DNA from: Podospora anserina
Taxonomy: Eukaryota
Reading direction: 5' to 3'
DNA length: 64,000 nucleotides
NCBI GenBank assembly: GCA_017654855.1
Contig: CM030338.1
Span: 1,178,001 to 1,242,000 of the forward strand
The translations under genes and the position numbers were made by a program. Each line of letters starts with the position of its first letter. Position 1 is the first letter of the stretch. Below, one piece after another: positions 10,979-22,729 of this stretch. The notes under the pieces were generated by a model. The model did not search any database and was not told the DNA's origin. It was given only the letters and a program-made list of their open reading frames with translations.

Positions 10979-13900
10979 CTCTCTCTATATATATCCTTCT
11001 CGTTTATGCAACTGCCGGTTTTTTTGCCACCTCGATCTTCAATGATCATCGTCACCCACCACCATGTACAGTGCCAGCCGACCCGTTTGATCATCTGATC
11101 TGTGCATATGAGTGCATTAATTCATTTTTTATGTAGGTAGGTAGTGTTACAAGGAAACGGTGATATTCTGGAAGGGTTGGGTAGGTTTGTTACCTATGTG
11201 GATCAGATCATCATGGATGGGTATGGAGGAGGACGGGAGTATCCGGTGATAGTCCGGCACAGACAGAGAGACCAGGCACCGTGTTTGTTTTGGGGGTAGC
11301 AGTACTGTCTGTCTGTTCTACCCGCTTTAGGTCCCGCCCATACCGACCCGTAGTTCCCGTGTCCTCCGTCTCCGGGGGTGTGGTGCGGTGTCATCAGGTG
11401 TCCGGGGTTACACATACACACACACACCGTATTTTTGAAGGTCCGTTCAGGGTCCCACCGTAGGTCAGTCACCGTTGTTTTGGAGATGCCACTCCGTATT
11501 TGTGTTTGCTGCTCACCGTAAGTTTGGAGTCTTTTTTTTTTGTGCTTCAAAGGGGGGTCTTCACCGTATTCCGTGGGGTTACAGTCTCGCCTCCGCAGTG
11601 GTTCGTTCCCAACCCGCGGAACCCTGAAAATGATACCCGGCCGCCGGGACACACAAGGTTCGAGAATGGTGGAGAAGCTTTTTTTTCTTGTCCCGTTCAC
11701 ACACCGCCGTTCAGGGGCCGCCGCCGCCGTCGTCCGGAATGGGGACCAGGTTGCTCCACTTTCAGGTACCGGAGTCGGAGTCGGAGTCGGAGGAGCCTCA
11801 TCACGCCTTACTGCGGCGCAGGAACACGATAGGCAAGGTACAAAGATAGATGCGCTGGCAGTGTGGGAGAAAAAAAGAAGAAAAGCTTCTGCTGCATAAT
11901 CTCGCTCCTCTTTTTTTCCACCACGGGGAAGAGCATCCGTATGCTACTCAGATACACTGCAAGTGGAGAGTGTGTGCTTGCTGTCAATGTGTCAGTGAGG
12001 CCGTAGTGCAGGTACCACAGATGGCCAGTTTTGGGCTGATCTACAGCAAAAATAATAGTTGTATGTTTCACCTAGTTGGTGTAAGTGAAGATATTCAGAC
12101 AAAGCCCCCTCCCCCGGCTCTCCAACAAAAAAAAAAAAAAAAAAAACTAAACGGGTCAAGTCCCAAGTGAAGACTCTTCTAGCGCCATCCCCGTCTTTGT
12201 CGATCGATCTCGATGAGATAGATACCTTTCGGATTTCAGAATTTTCATCACCAACCCGCATCAGTCAGCGGTCACAGGATTGTCTGACTGTTGACAGTGA
12301 ACAATCTCGTAAGCTGTCCACCACCCACTTTTTCCAGCTGGGGTGGATAGCAAGAGCTTCTTTTTCCGTGGGGGGAGGGGGGAGAAAATAAAAAACTTGG
12401 TCTTTTTGATTACCCCAGTGAACAAAAACAAAACCCCCGCCCAGGTCGGTCGGTTTCGTCCACTACCCCATATTCCCCACAGCGCTAGTCTATCCCGTCC
12501 TGCTGCCGCCCCCGCTTAACGTCCGATTTTCCTTAACCAACGCAGCGCAGATCACTTTCCTTCCCTCTCGTCCGGACAGGCTGGAAACTTCTGCGGTGAG
12601 AAGAAAAGAGAGGGGTGTCTACTGGCTGTGTGTGAAAGGGGTGGAGAAATGAGGCTGTGTTCTTGTGGAAAATGGAGAACATATATTTGTGCCTTGCATA
12701 TACAGACCGCGGCAGACTATATCGGCACAGAAAAGAAAACAGAGATTTATTCTGTTGCCTGGTGTAGCTGTTGGCTAAAGATCTAGAACTTGCAAAAATC
12801 TAGCAAACATGTGAGACATATTGCCCAGCTCCTCACCTCGGTCAACAACAACCCCTTTCTCATCTGCCGCTCATTCATCACGGATATCAAACCCGATATT
12901 GAACGCCCCCCCAACCCCCCTCCCTCTTCACCGAAAAACCATATTAAATCAATATTTCCCCTTCCACCTCACACAGCATAGATTAACTCTGCCCTCCCCC
13001 CTCTCCCACCGCCAAAAGACAAGGTGAGGTCATCCCCCCTCTCCTCAAAAAACCCAGCGTCCCATCCAATTCAGGAACCCACATCTTATTACCCCATATT
13101 CTCGGTCTTTGCTTGTTTGCCAGCAAGCTCCAACCAACCCCACCACCCATGTAACCATATCCTATCTCCACCAGTCCATCCACACCAAGCAAGCAGTTCC
13201 AATTGTTCCACAACGGTCACCAACAAGACAGGACAAGCGAAACAAGAAGCGAAAAAGCAAATGCATCATTCTGTCTGTCTGTGTGTGTGTGTGTGTGTGT
13301 CTGTTGTATTCAGCCAATTCAATTGTGTAATAAAATGAAAAATGTGTGTTTTGTTTGAGCGGTGTGACATGTCCCATCCGTCCGTCCGTCCGTATCCGGA
13401 AACCAAAAAATGCCCCCATCGTGATAAAAAGAAGAAAGCTCCGTTCATGCCAAGAGTAAAATAAAAAAGACGTAACAAAGTTAGGTATATACATTTCAGA
13501 CAGAAAGAGAAAAAAAAAGAGGCCTGTGTTTCCTTTGCCAATAATCTCCAAAAATATGCCGCCACCTCCAAGAAAGTTATAAATGCTAAAGGTAAGAGTA
13601 GTAAGCTCAGATGTCCTCCTCGAGACCCCCCGAAGCGAATAATAGTCCTCCTCCTCTCCATGATTTGTCATGCTCCAAGGAATAAAAAAAAGTTGCTTTT
13701 TTCCCATCTATTGTCTTCAGATAAACCCTCGCCCATGCCGCTAAGCTTTTTGTTGAAAACACATATCCCAAACATGAAAAACAAAATTAGTAGTAAGTGA
13801 CAATGAAGAAAGGCACCAAGAAGGGGTGGTGGTTTGTGATGATGTGGGACGTTAACCAAGTCCACGGCAACCGCCAATCCCTCCCTCCCTCTTCCCCTGT

Positions 13901-14431
13901 ACAGCGCGTGCCCAGCCGAGGGACCAACCCCGCGCTAAGAAATGCAGGTGTGTCCCAGAAAACGCCTCTTTTTTCGATGCTGGCCTGTCATGTGCCAAGA
14001 CAGATGTGGAAAGCGTGAGGATGGCATCCCCGCCGCTCCCCATGCTGAACCGGCTCACCCATGTGTGGGGTACCGAGAAATCAAAAGATCCGGAAAGCTG
14101 CATGAGTGGCAGCTGGGTTTGGGAGGTGTGATGCTGCTGCTGCTGCTGCTGCTACTGCTGAAGCACAGCCAGCACACAAGAGAGGGCAGATCTGTGCCGT
14201 TCAGCACCCCGCGCGGAATGTTGCACTGCAACAGCTCGGCCAACCAAACCCCCACATGGAGAGAGATAAAGAAGGATCAGAAAAGTCCTTTTCCTAATCA
14301 AGACAGCTCTTGACTTTGCGTCCCTGGGTCCCAACGACTGCAATCAGCGTTGCCTTTTCCGACAGCATCGCTGCATTGCCATGTGAGGCTACCCGCATCC
14401 GACTCCTCGCATGACTTTCAACGCGGGAGAA

Positions 14432-15461
14432 CTACCTCCCGGAGGCGAGCATGGGTGTGACGAGTTCGATGCTCTTTGGTCTGGAGTAAACACCAGGCCT
14501 GCGTGACGGAAGAGGTCTGTCAACCGAGGAGCCGTAGTGGTCGTAGTACGCCCCGTCGTAAGTGGTCGAAAAGTAACTCGAGTTGGGTTTCGTGTACGAG
14601 TTGTCTGGGCTTGTAGCAGTGCCCCTGCCAAACGACCAGACACCGCTGTGGGAGGTACCCATCATGGGTGACGTGGGACTCGGTGGGCGGATGTATAGTG
14701 ACGACTTGAGCGCATTTACGGCCGTTGAGGGCGGGGAAAAGTGCGTAGAGCTAGGCCTTGAAGGCGAGGCGCGGGGTACGATATCTCTGGGCTCTGGAGC
14801 TCCTGAGTAGAAAGGGTACTGAGTGGGTGGGTGACTTCCACGGCTCGGCGCCGTCGAGGCGCTAACCTGGTCATCGTACCGGCATCTAGATTGCAACATT
14901 AGCGCTGAGTCCAAAGAGATACATCATCTCGCAGAAGACTCACGTTTCTGAGCAGTAGAGGTTCTGGTCGTCGGCTGGAATGAACTGCTTCTCGCACACC
15001 ATGCTACATCATTCAGTCAGCCGGGGTTCTTCCAAGGAAATCAAGACGTATGCAGGAACGGCAACCCGGACACTCCCCCAGAGAATGAGGTGCCCGGTGT
15101 GGTGGTTGACCCCTCTTTCCCCCTCTTCGCTTGAGGTAACACAAATCACCTGCATGTCAGGTGACGATGCGGGCGGATGGAAAGGGAAGTGCTGCAGTTG
15201 CGAAACGTAAACGCTCGGAAACACTTACCAGTACTGCGGGAAGCTCTCCCGCTCCTCATCCCACCAGCGCTCATCGTCCAGTTCCCTCTCTCTGTCCTCG
15301 CGACTCCTGCCCAGCTTTGGGGCGCTTTGCGGTGTGATTCTTCTCGTCATGGTGGTAGGTCTGGATGAGTGCTTCCTGTAGTTGGGGTCTGATGCACCGA
15401 CTGTTGCTTTGCGGACGTCGGTCATGGACGTGTTGCCCGACTTTCGACGGTGGTGATGCAT
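14432..15461 (-). CDS. Ecl1/2/3-like life-span regulatory factor family protein; exons 15461-15229, 15003-14944, 14885-14432
   Basis: Splicing gives SFPQYC-MVCEKQF-x8-YCSETCR (CxxC...YCSxxC Cys motif characteristic of the Ecl1 family) followed by a Ser/Pro-rich tail; GTAAGT and GTGAGT donors, TAG acceptors. Confidence 0.78.
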
Positions 15462-18400
15462 GGAGACGAGCCTTGTGATTGGTGCAGCTCAGGGGAGCTC
15501 GAGGTGAAAGCGCAGGGCGTCGAGGCCAGGGAATGCTGGTTGGCTGTAGCTCGTCCAAAGTCCCTTGGGGTCCAAGTGTGGGGATGGAGATGGCCCAGAC
15601 GGGGGGAGGCGGGGAATTTGAAGCTTCAGAGAGCGAGAACTGAAGAACCCGGGATAAAGCCTGTGTGGACAGCTAGGGGTTGGGGGTTGGGTAACAATTG
15701 AGCGACGAAAAGACGATCCTTTTGAACTTGGCAAGTTGTCGTCCAAACAAGAAAAAGTTTTCCTCGCAATTGGAGCCCAGCAAAGGGGTGTGTCGTGCGG
15801 TGGCGAATATGTATGCTGCAGAAGAGATTTTTTTTCTTTTTTTTCCCTCTTGGGTTGTCGGTGCTGTCGGTTGCTGGCGGCCTTTTGTGGACTGTGATGG
15901 TCCCTTGGTATTATGCCGGGCCACTCGATAGTTGGATTCTTGGGCCAGTAGTCTGCAATCGCTGAACCTTCGGGGAAGGTGTCTAATAACAGGGCTTGAC
16001 TCGGGTTGCCGCCCAGCAGTGAGTCTGTGTTGCGTTGCGGTGCTGCTGACGGGCCACAACGATGTGTGTCGCGACAACTCGTGGACTTGGCGTGCAAATC
16101 GGGTAGCCAAACGAGCAGGATTTTACCCCGCGCTTGTGTAGTCGGGATGTCTGTTATAGAAGAGAAGTGACGGTTGAGTTGATGGGAACACAAGTGGAAA
16201 CTCGCGTGGAGGTGTGTGTGTCTTGTGTAAGTGTAGGTATGAAGATAGGTGGTAGTGTAGCTTGGAAGAGCTGTCTGAATGTCTTTGAACCGAAAAAAGA
16301 CGGCACAGGCGAAGCTTGAGTGTGTGAGACGACCGACCAAAGGCAGAGCTTTAAAAGACTTGATTCTTTGGGCTAATTATCAGATACTTTTGCGTGTCGG
16401 ATGACTCCTTTGACCATTTCCTGGGCGCTTCAGCTTGCGCGTGGACCAGCGCCGAGTCCTTCAAGGCTGCTGCCGAGAGCGGAGATGGACGGAGCTGGGT
16501 GAGCTTGTTGGCCTTGGCCAATCGTCTTTCACCGTCGGTGGGTGTGGTGCAAAGACGGGGAAGTGTATCGAGAGGACAAAGATCCCCGGTCCAAGTGTGT
16601 TTCCCGCCAGCGCGGGCTCAGGTCGACGAGGGCAGGGTTAGACCTTGGATCCCCAAGAGCGGATGGAGCAATGTTGAGATCAGAATTTGGTGTGGTGGTG
16701 AGACGACGAAGACTGGACAGGAGGCTGGAAGGGTCAGGTTGGCGAGAAGGGCAAGAGGGCGAAGAGAATGTCAGGGAATTGGGCGGGCTGTGTTCTTGTA
16801 GGTCACTGGATGGGTGAGAGGGGAGGAGGAGGGTTTCACCTGGGCGCTTTCGTGGGGTGGGTGAACACCCATGATGCAAACGTCAATTGAACCTATCTTT
16901 GCAACACAGTGTGAGGAGTGCCCCATCTTTCGGCCCCAGATCACTGGGCAGTGACGGGCCAGGGTCCCCAGAAGACGAGCGGGACAGGCCTTGTCTGCGA
17001 TGAAGCGGTCCGGTGACAAATTTCGTGGGGGCGATGGTGGAATCTGGGACAATGGCTGGGCCGGGCAGCACAGACAATGTTGCGAGAGAATGTTGTGATA
17101 TTTGGGAATCTGTCAGATTGTCACCGGATAATTCGGTGGCATTGTGTGATTTTTCAAGAACCTTGATGAGAGAGCTGCTTTCTGTTTTCAGTCAGTACCT
17201 CGCAGCAGCGCACAAGGAAAAAGGCGGACCACGAGGTGGAGGGCATCTGGCCAATCAGGTGCTGATTCCCCTCCAACAATTCTGGGGAAATGCCAAATTC
17301 ACACTGCCCACCATGTTGACATTTTCTGGTTCACTTGATCATCACACCGAGTTGCTCTGGTCCAGTCACATCACCATGTTCCAGCCTCATCAGACCCGAA
17401 TCCCGCTGTCATGGAAAAAATTTCTTTCATTTTCCACAGCCTAAGTCTTGGCGTCCACTCCACAACCGTCACGGCCGCCTCACCGTCTGTTGATGAACCA
17501 GCAAGCTCACGGATTTCTACCAACACCAGACAACCCGATGCCAAGGTCTGTAAAGAACATCACGCCATGAACGATCTGCGCCGGGACTGGGTCTGTGGAT
17601 CGCGGATGGATCGGATTGTTCAGCAATCTCCATCAGGGTCCTCCAAGCTCTCCCCCCAAGCTCCACCGGCGGCCAGGCACAGCAGGGAGGGTGGTACTAT
17701 CGAGCCATCAAGGTGTCGTCGACCTCTGCCTCAGCTGCCTCAAAGCCCACCAACAGGGTCATCTTCAAGATAGGGCACCAAAAACACGAGCGATCGGCCC
17801 GTGGAACTTTCGTATGCTCCCCGGCCTGCTATCGATCGCTGGGTGCATCATCCGGGCCTTGGTCCGCAGCTACCATGACTTGCCCGTGTTGGAAACCCGC
17901 CCGCCCTGGACCGGCACGCAATATCAGGCCGTCCGAGCCATTCAAACGCCTTTTAGGTTCGGCCGCCCGGGCGTGGGGGTTCCTCAGAGCATTGGTACAT
18001 CAGACCTGAATCTCATCAACAAAATACACTCAACTCGCTCATTATTATTAACTCTCTCAGTCTGGCAACATTGCCTTGTACCACCTCAAGAGAGCTTCCA
18101 TCTCAGACTCCTATCATCGGCCATCATGACATCCGTGCATTGGCAGCACTGCCGGCCATCTCGTCTCTCTGCACCACCCCCCCGCTTTCGATCTGGGCGG
18201 CATATCTCTACCGCACCCTCGACAGATTGCTGCATCCTCGGAGTGACGCCAGACGCATCTGGGTAGAGCAAGCATATCTCGTATGCACCCTGTCTGCTGC
18301 ACCAGCGTTGACCGAGGTGCCGGCCAATATCCCGTCGTCCGCGGGACATGGGAATCTTTTTGACCGGTGCGGGATGCACGGCCACAAGCAGGCCCATCGT

Positions 18401-21400
18401 CTGGAAGCGAGCCTGTTTGCTACCAGCTGCCCCTTTGCCACGGACTTGAGGACGAGATTAGTGACGTGCATTGTCGATCATGCTAGGAATACCACCTCAC
18501 CTCTTGATATGGTGGCATAGTGTAGGGAATGAGGGGTCACGTCTCACACGCACGCTGGTTCGGAAAAAGGTACAGCACCTTTGTTTGATAAGGCACACAG
18601 TGAAAGACTCCGACTTGGTTTCCAAGATATGGGAAGACTCTTGTCCCCCGTATCTCGACCCTGACGGGTAAGCCCGGTTTTTGGAGGTTGGCGGCGGTGC
18701 AGCAGGGGTCTCAGATCAATGTGCCTGGCGTTGGCAGACCCCGAATCTGCTCAGGCCCACGGTAGTCTCGATGACCCCTCGTCGTCATCATCATCATCAT
18801 CATCATCCAGTTGCTTGGTGGGAATGGCACGGCGATTGCTGCAGGTACGCTAGCCGCAGCAGGGTTCTGATCCGAAAGCTCTTATCTCGGTGCTATGGGT
18901 TATCAGGAGGGGTAGCATATGGCTGCAACCGAAGCCTTGCCCAGCTTTGATCCAATGCCGGGAGTTTGGCCGAGATATCACGGCAAGTCTTTTTTTCTTC
19001 ATGTGGGATTCTGCCTGCCTCCCACACAGGAGAGATATTGGGGGTCTCAGTGGGGACGTGCACGGGGGTTCCAACAGCCTTCCGTGATGTTTTGTTTCTC
19101 TTCTACACCACTCTTGGCACAGCTACACACAGTGTGTGCTTTTACAGAGGGGCAAGCCTCGGAGACATCCGGGTGTTGAATTGCTTTAAACTCTCTTTCT
19201 CATTATTATCCACACAACCACCTACGGGGGGGCTGTGTCCCGACTTTTTGTCGAGGATGACTGAATTCGAGATTTCGCTGACGTCTAGGAATTTGCCAGT
19301 GGGTAAGGATTCTATGTTTATAGCCAGGCAATTCGGGAGAATCTCCCGCCTCGGAGCGGAGATCACAGGGATTGTCGGGGCTCCACCGGAGATCCAATGT
19401 TTAACACAACCTCCATTGTGTCAGGCTCTGCCTTGTCAAGCCTTCTTGATGACTCCGGTCTCGCACTAGGATGTTGCCGGTTAGTTATCAGTGTCGACTC
19501 ATCGCTTCACAGCAAAGTATTATTCTTGGAAACAGTCGGTCACCGTGGCGACAATCACGCAAAGGCTATGAAATATGTCCAAGACTGGAGCAAGTGGGAA
19601 TGGTCCCGACAGTTCGGTCCGTTTATTTTTTTCTTTCGGCACATGTCTTGACCTTGTGTCAGTGACACAAGTTGTCAAACTGGTGGCACTTGAACAATGT
19701 GGATCAACAACACAAAAAGCAAAAGGCTTCACTTCCCAGGTCTCGTGATCTATCCCCGACGTCCCCGAGTATGCTTCTGTCCTTCCCATCGGCGTCCTGA
19801 TCTCAGACTTCGGGATACACACAGACGCGGGAAGAAAAAGGGGGATACCCTTTTTTGATACAAGATCGGGCGGGGAGAACATCTGTGCTGTTGCATGAGA
19901 TATCTCACTGCATAGTTATGTCTGAGATACAAGAGGAACCCGGGGAGAGACGATCCCCCGCGAGACTAATGTAAAAAAAGAAACATCTCGTCGTCATATC
20001 CTTCACCGGTCACGGTTCCTCTCATCCCTTACATGCATCGTCGAGGGATGTGACAGGGCGCAAAGACACCGAGGACAGGGACGCGGACGGGACGTTTTTT
20101 TTCTTTCTCGGTTACCTCGGCAGTGGCTTCTCAACTGCCTAACACCGATGCTTTGGATCTGGGAATGTGTTTGGCTGGGGTTGGGTGGTTTGGTGTAAGC
20201 ACACAGTGGCCGCAACTTGTGCAGTTTTCTTTTCTTTTTTGTTTTGGGACCCAAACAGGTTTTGAACGTGTGTGCGGTGACCGATGGGGTTATCGGGCTT
20301 ATTATACACTACATACAATACGTCGGGCTTCTTTTGTTTTTCTTTTGTTGGATTTCTGTGTAGGTCCCCTATCAAACGCACAAGATGAAAAGACATGCGT
20401 GGCGCTTACGTTGATACACAAGACACAGGACACATGCTACTTTTTTACGCGCGGTTGAAAAGACGATGATGGTAACAGGACACCAACAAGGCATGACACC
20501 ATCTTTCTTTTTTTTCTTTTTTTTTTGCCCCGATCTTTTTTTTCTTTCTTTTTTGGACAACAAAAGTCAGGGGTTTGTTGCACACATCACCAAAGCTGTG
20601 TGTGTGAGAGTGTTGTTGATGTTGTCATGTTTCACTTCTGTAAGTCAGGTTACAGGGTCTCAAAAGCCCGTCCTTCGGGTTACCAAATGAGGCAAAAGAC
20701 CGTGCTTGCAAAGAAGGTGTTGGTGGGACTGTACAGTGGCGAGAAAATGCAGTCAGACTTTCGGAAAAGGAAAGAGAAAAAAACGGCAAAAAAAAAAAAC
20801 ACCTCAAGAAGGTGAGCGGCACAGTACAGTACGAAATGGGATGATGGGATGGGGGTAACATTGAAGCTTGCGGCACTGCTTGAACAGACGAAAAAGGCGG
20901 CACTGATTAAGATTGGACATGGATATCGGTTCAACCAAGGAAATTGTTGTCAACATTCCCAGGCGGCTAGAAAATGGCAACAGAACAAAATGCTATTTGG
21001 TGGGGGGAAGGGGAAAAAGAAAAGAAAAGCCGATGGAACCCGTAAAGCTGCCCGTCCCGTTCGGTGGTTCCAGATATGAGATATCAATGGTGTCAGCGGG
21101 GGAACCGTTGGGAGTGGTTTTCTTGGACTTTCTTGGATTTCTATACTACTGGGTCTTTGATATGACGAGACTGCAACGTAGTGTTGGTAGGTAGAGTGTC
21201 GGCGGATCCGATATGATCCCTCTTTTTCCTGTGAGCGTGATAAAAAAGTCGGACTTGTCACTACTCCAGCGAAGGGAGTAATATAGTGCTTACCTACCAG
21301 AGAAAAAGTCGGAACCACATTTTGTTGGAGTCGAATGGATCACGGAGTTTGAATAGTAACAACCCCCCCCGCCCCACTGGCCAGCCTTTTTTGAAAGCCA

Positions 21401-21431
21401 GCCCCACCTGATGATGTCCCACCAGCCCTAC

Positions 21432-21458
21432 CATCATCATCATCATCATCATCATCAT
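21432..21458 (+). repeat. (CAT)9 microsatellite
   Basis: Direct reading of sequence. Confidence 0.9.
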
Positions 21459-21890
21459 CGGACAGAAGCAAACAAAAATAAGGTGCTCACCTTCCCACAC
21501 CTTTTTCTCACCGCTCGCAAGCGTTACTTGCGGCGGTTAGATAGACCGGTGTGTGCGTGCGCAAGTCAGCGGCTTGGAAGGGTTCATGTGTGTGCGTGCT
21601 CCCCCGAGAATGATTGAGCGGGTGGGTGTGATGACCAGTGTGACGGGTCTGGGATACGGGGGGTCATGGTGATGCTCCCAAGACGGGAAGAAACAGATGG
21701 TGTGAACCAAAAGGTCGGTTGCTCGCATGGGGATTTGGTCAGGTGAGTTTGTTGCCTTGTCCCTTTTTTCTTTTTTTTTTCCCTTCCCTTTTCTATCGCA
21801 CTGTGTCGCCATTGTACACAACCTGGCTGAGTTGACAAGGCTTGTGTGTGTATGTGGTTGATGGTACTCAAATGCAAGGTACCAACAACC

Positions 21891-21925
21891 ACCTACCTAC
21901 CCACCTACCTACCTACCTACCTACC
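21891..21925 (+). repeat. Imperfect (ACCT)n tetranucleotide microsatellite
   Basis: acctacctacccacctacctacctacctacctacc. Confidence 0.85.
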
Positions 21926-22600
21926 CCAAGCAAATAGAAAAGAAACAAGCTGCCGCTTTTAGTACATCAACCTGACTCTTTTTGAAAAAAAAAAAAAGAA
22001 AAAAAAAAACTCCAAACTGTGTGTGGGGGGTATGTTGATCTGTCATATCCAGGACCGTCTCAGGACCTTTAAGGGTAACAACAGAGATAGGGTAAACTCG
22101 GTTTAGGTAGATTACGGGTCTGATCAGACACAAGTTTTGGTACGAAAACGGTGCTGTGGAAGCAAACATGTTGCTGGAAGAGGAAAGTCGTAGTAGCTCT
22201 TGTGCGTTGAGTTTGGGACCTGTGATGATATCATCTGACAGTGAATGAAAGAAACATGTTCCAAATCTTGGTAGGACACAGTGGTTATACTAGTTGAGTC
22301 ACCAATGCCTAAATAGACGGAACCAGAGGCAGAAAGCTCAACGTGCAAAGATCAAGAGACATTGCACCAAAACACTCCAATTCAAAGCTCAGCTCAATTC
22401 GCATTCCCCTGAACCACCCCCCCTTCCCCCAACCATCAATGCTCATGCCATTAACCCAAACACCCCTTCTCCCTTCCTTTCCTCCCACCCCTTCCTCCCA
22501 CCCCACCCCCCTTTTCCATCCCAATGTCCCTTTTTTAAAAGTCCATCCACAAACATCACAAAACACAAAACTTGTTCAATATTAATAACACGATAATATA

Positions 22601-22601
<1 letters not shown>

Positions 22602-22631
<30 letters not shown>

Positions 22632-22640
22632 CACCACCAC
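22602..22640 (+). repeat. (AAC)n/(CAC)n microsatellite in the probable DRS2 3' UTR
   Basis: Direct reading of sequence. Confidence 0.85.
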
Positions 22641-22729
22641 CCACATCCCTTCCACTTCCAACATCCATCCCACCTTCTTGAACCCAACCAACAACACACA
22701 CAAAAAAAGAGAGACAGAAGAAGAAGAGA

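Noticed and set aside
18600..22700. Many short ORFs (60-170 aa)
   Set aside because: Low-complexity translations of microsatellite and poly-A/T intergenic DNA without coding bias
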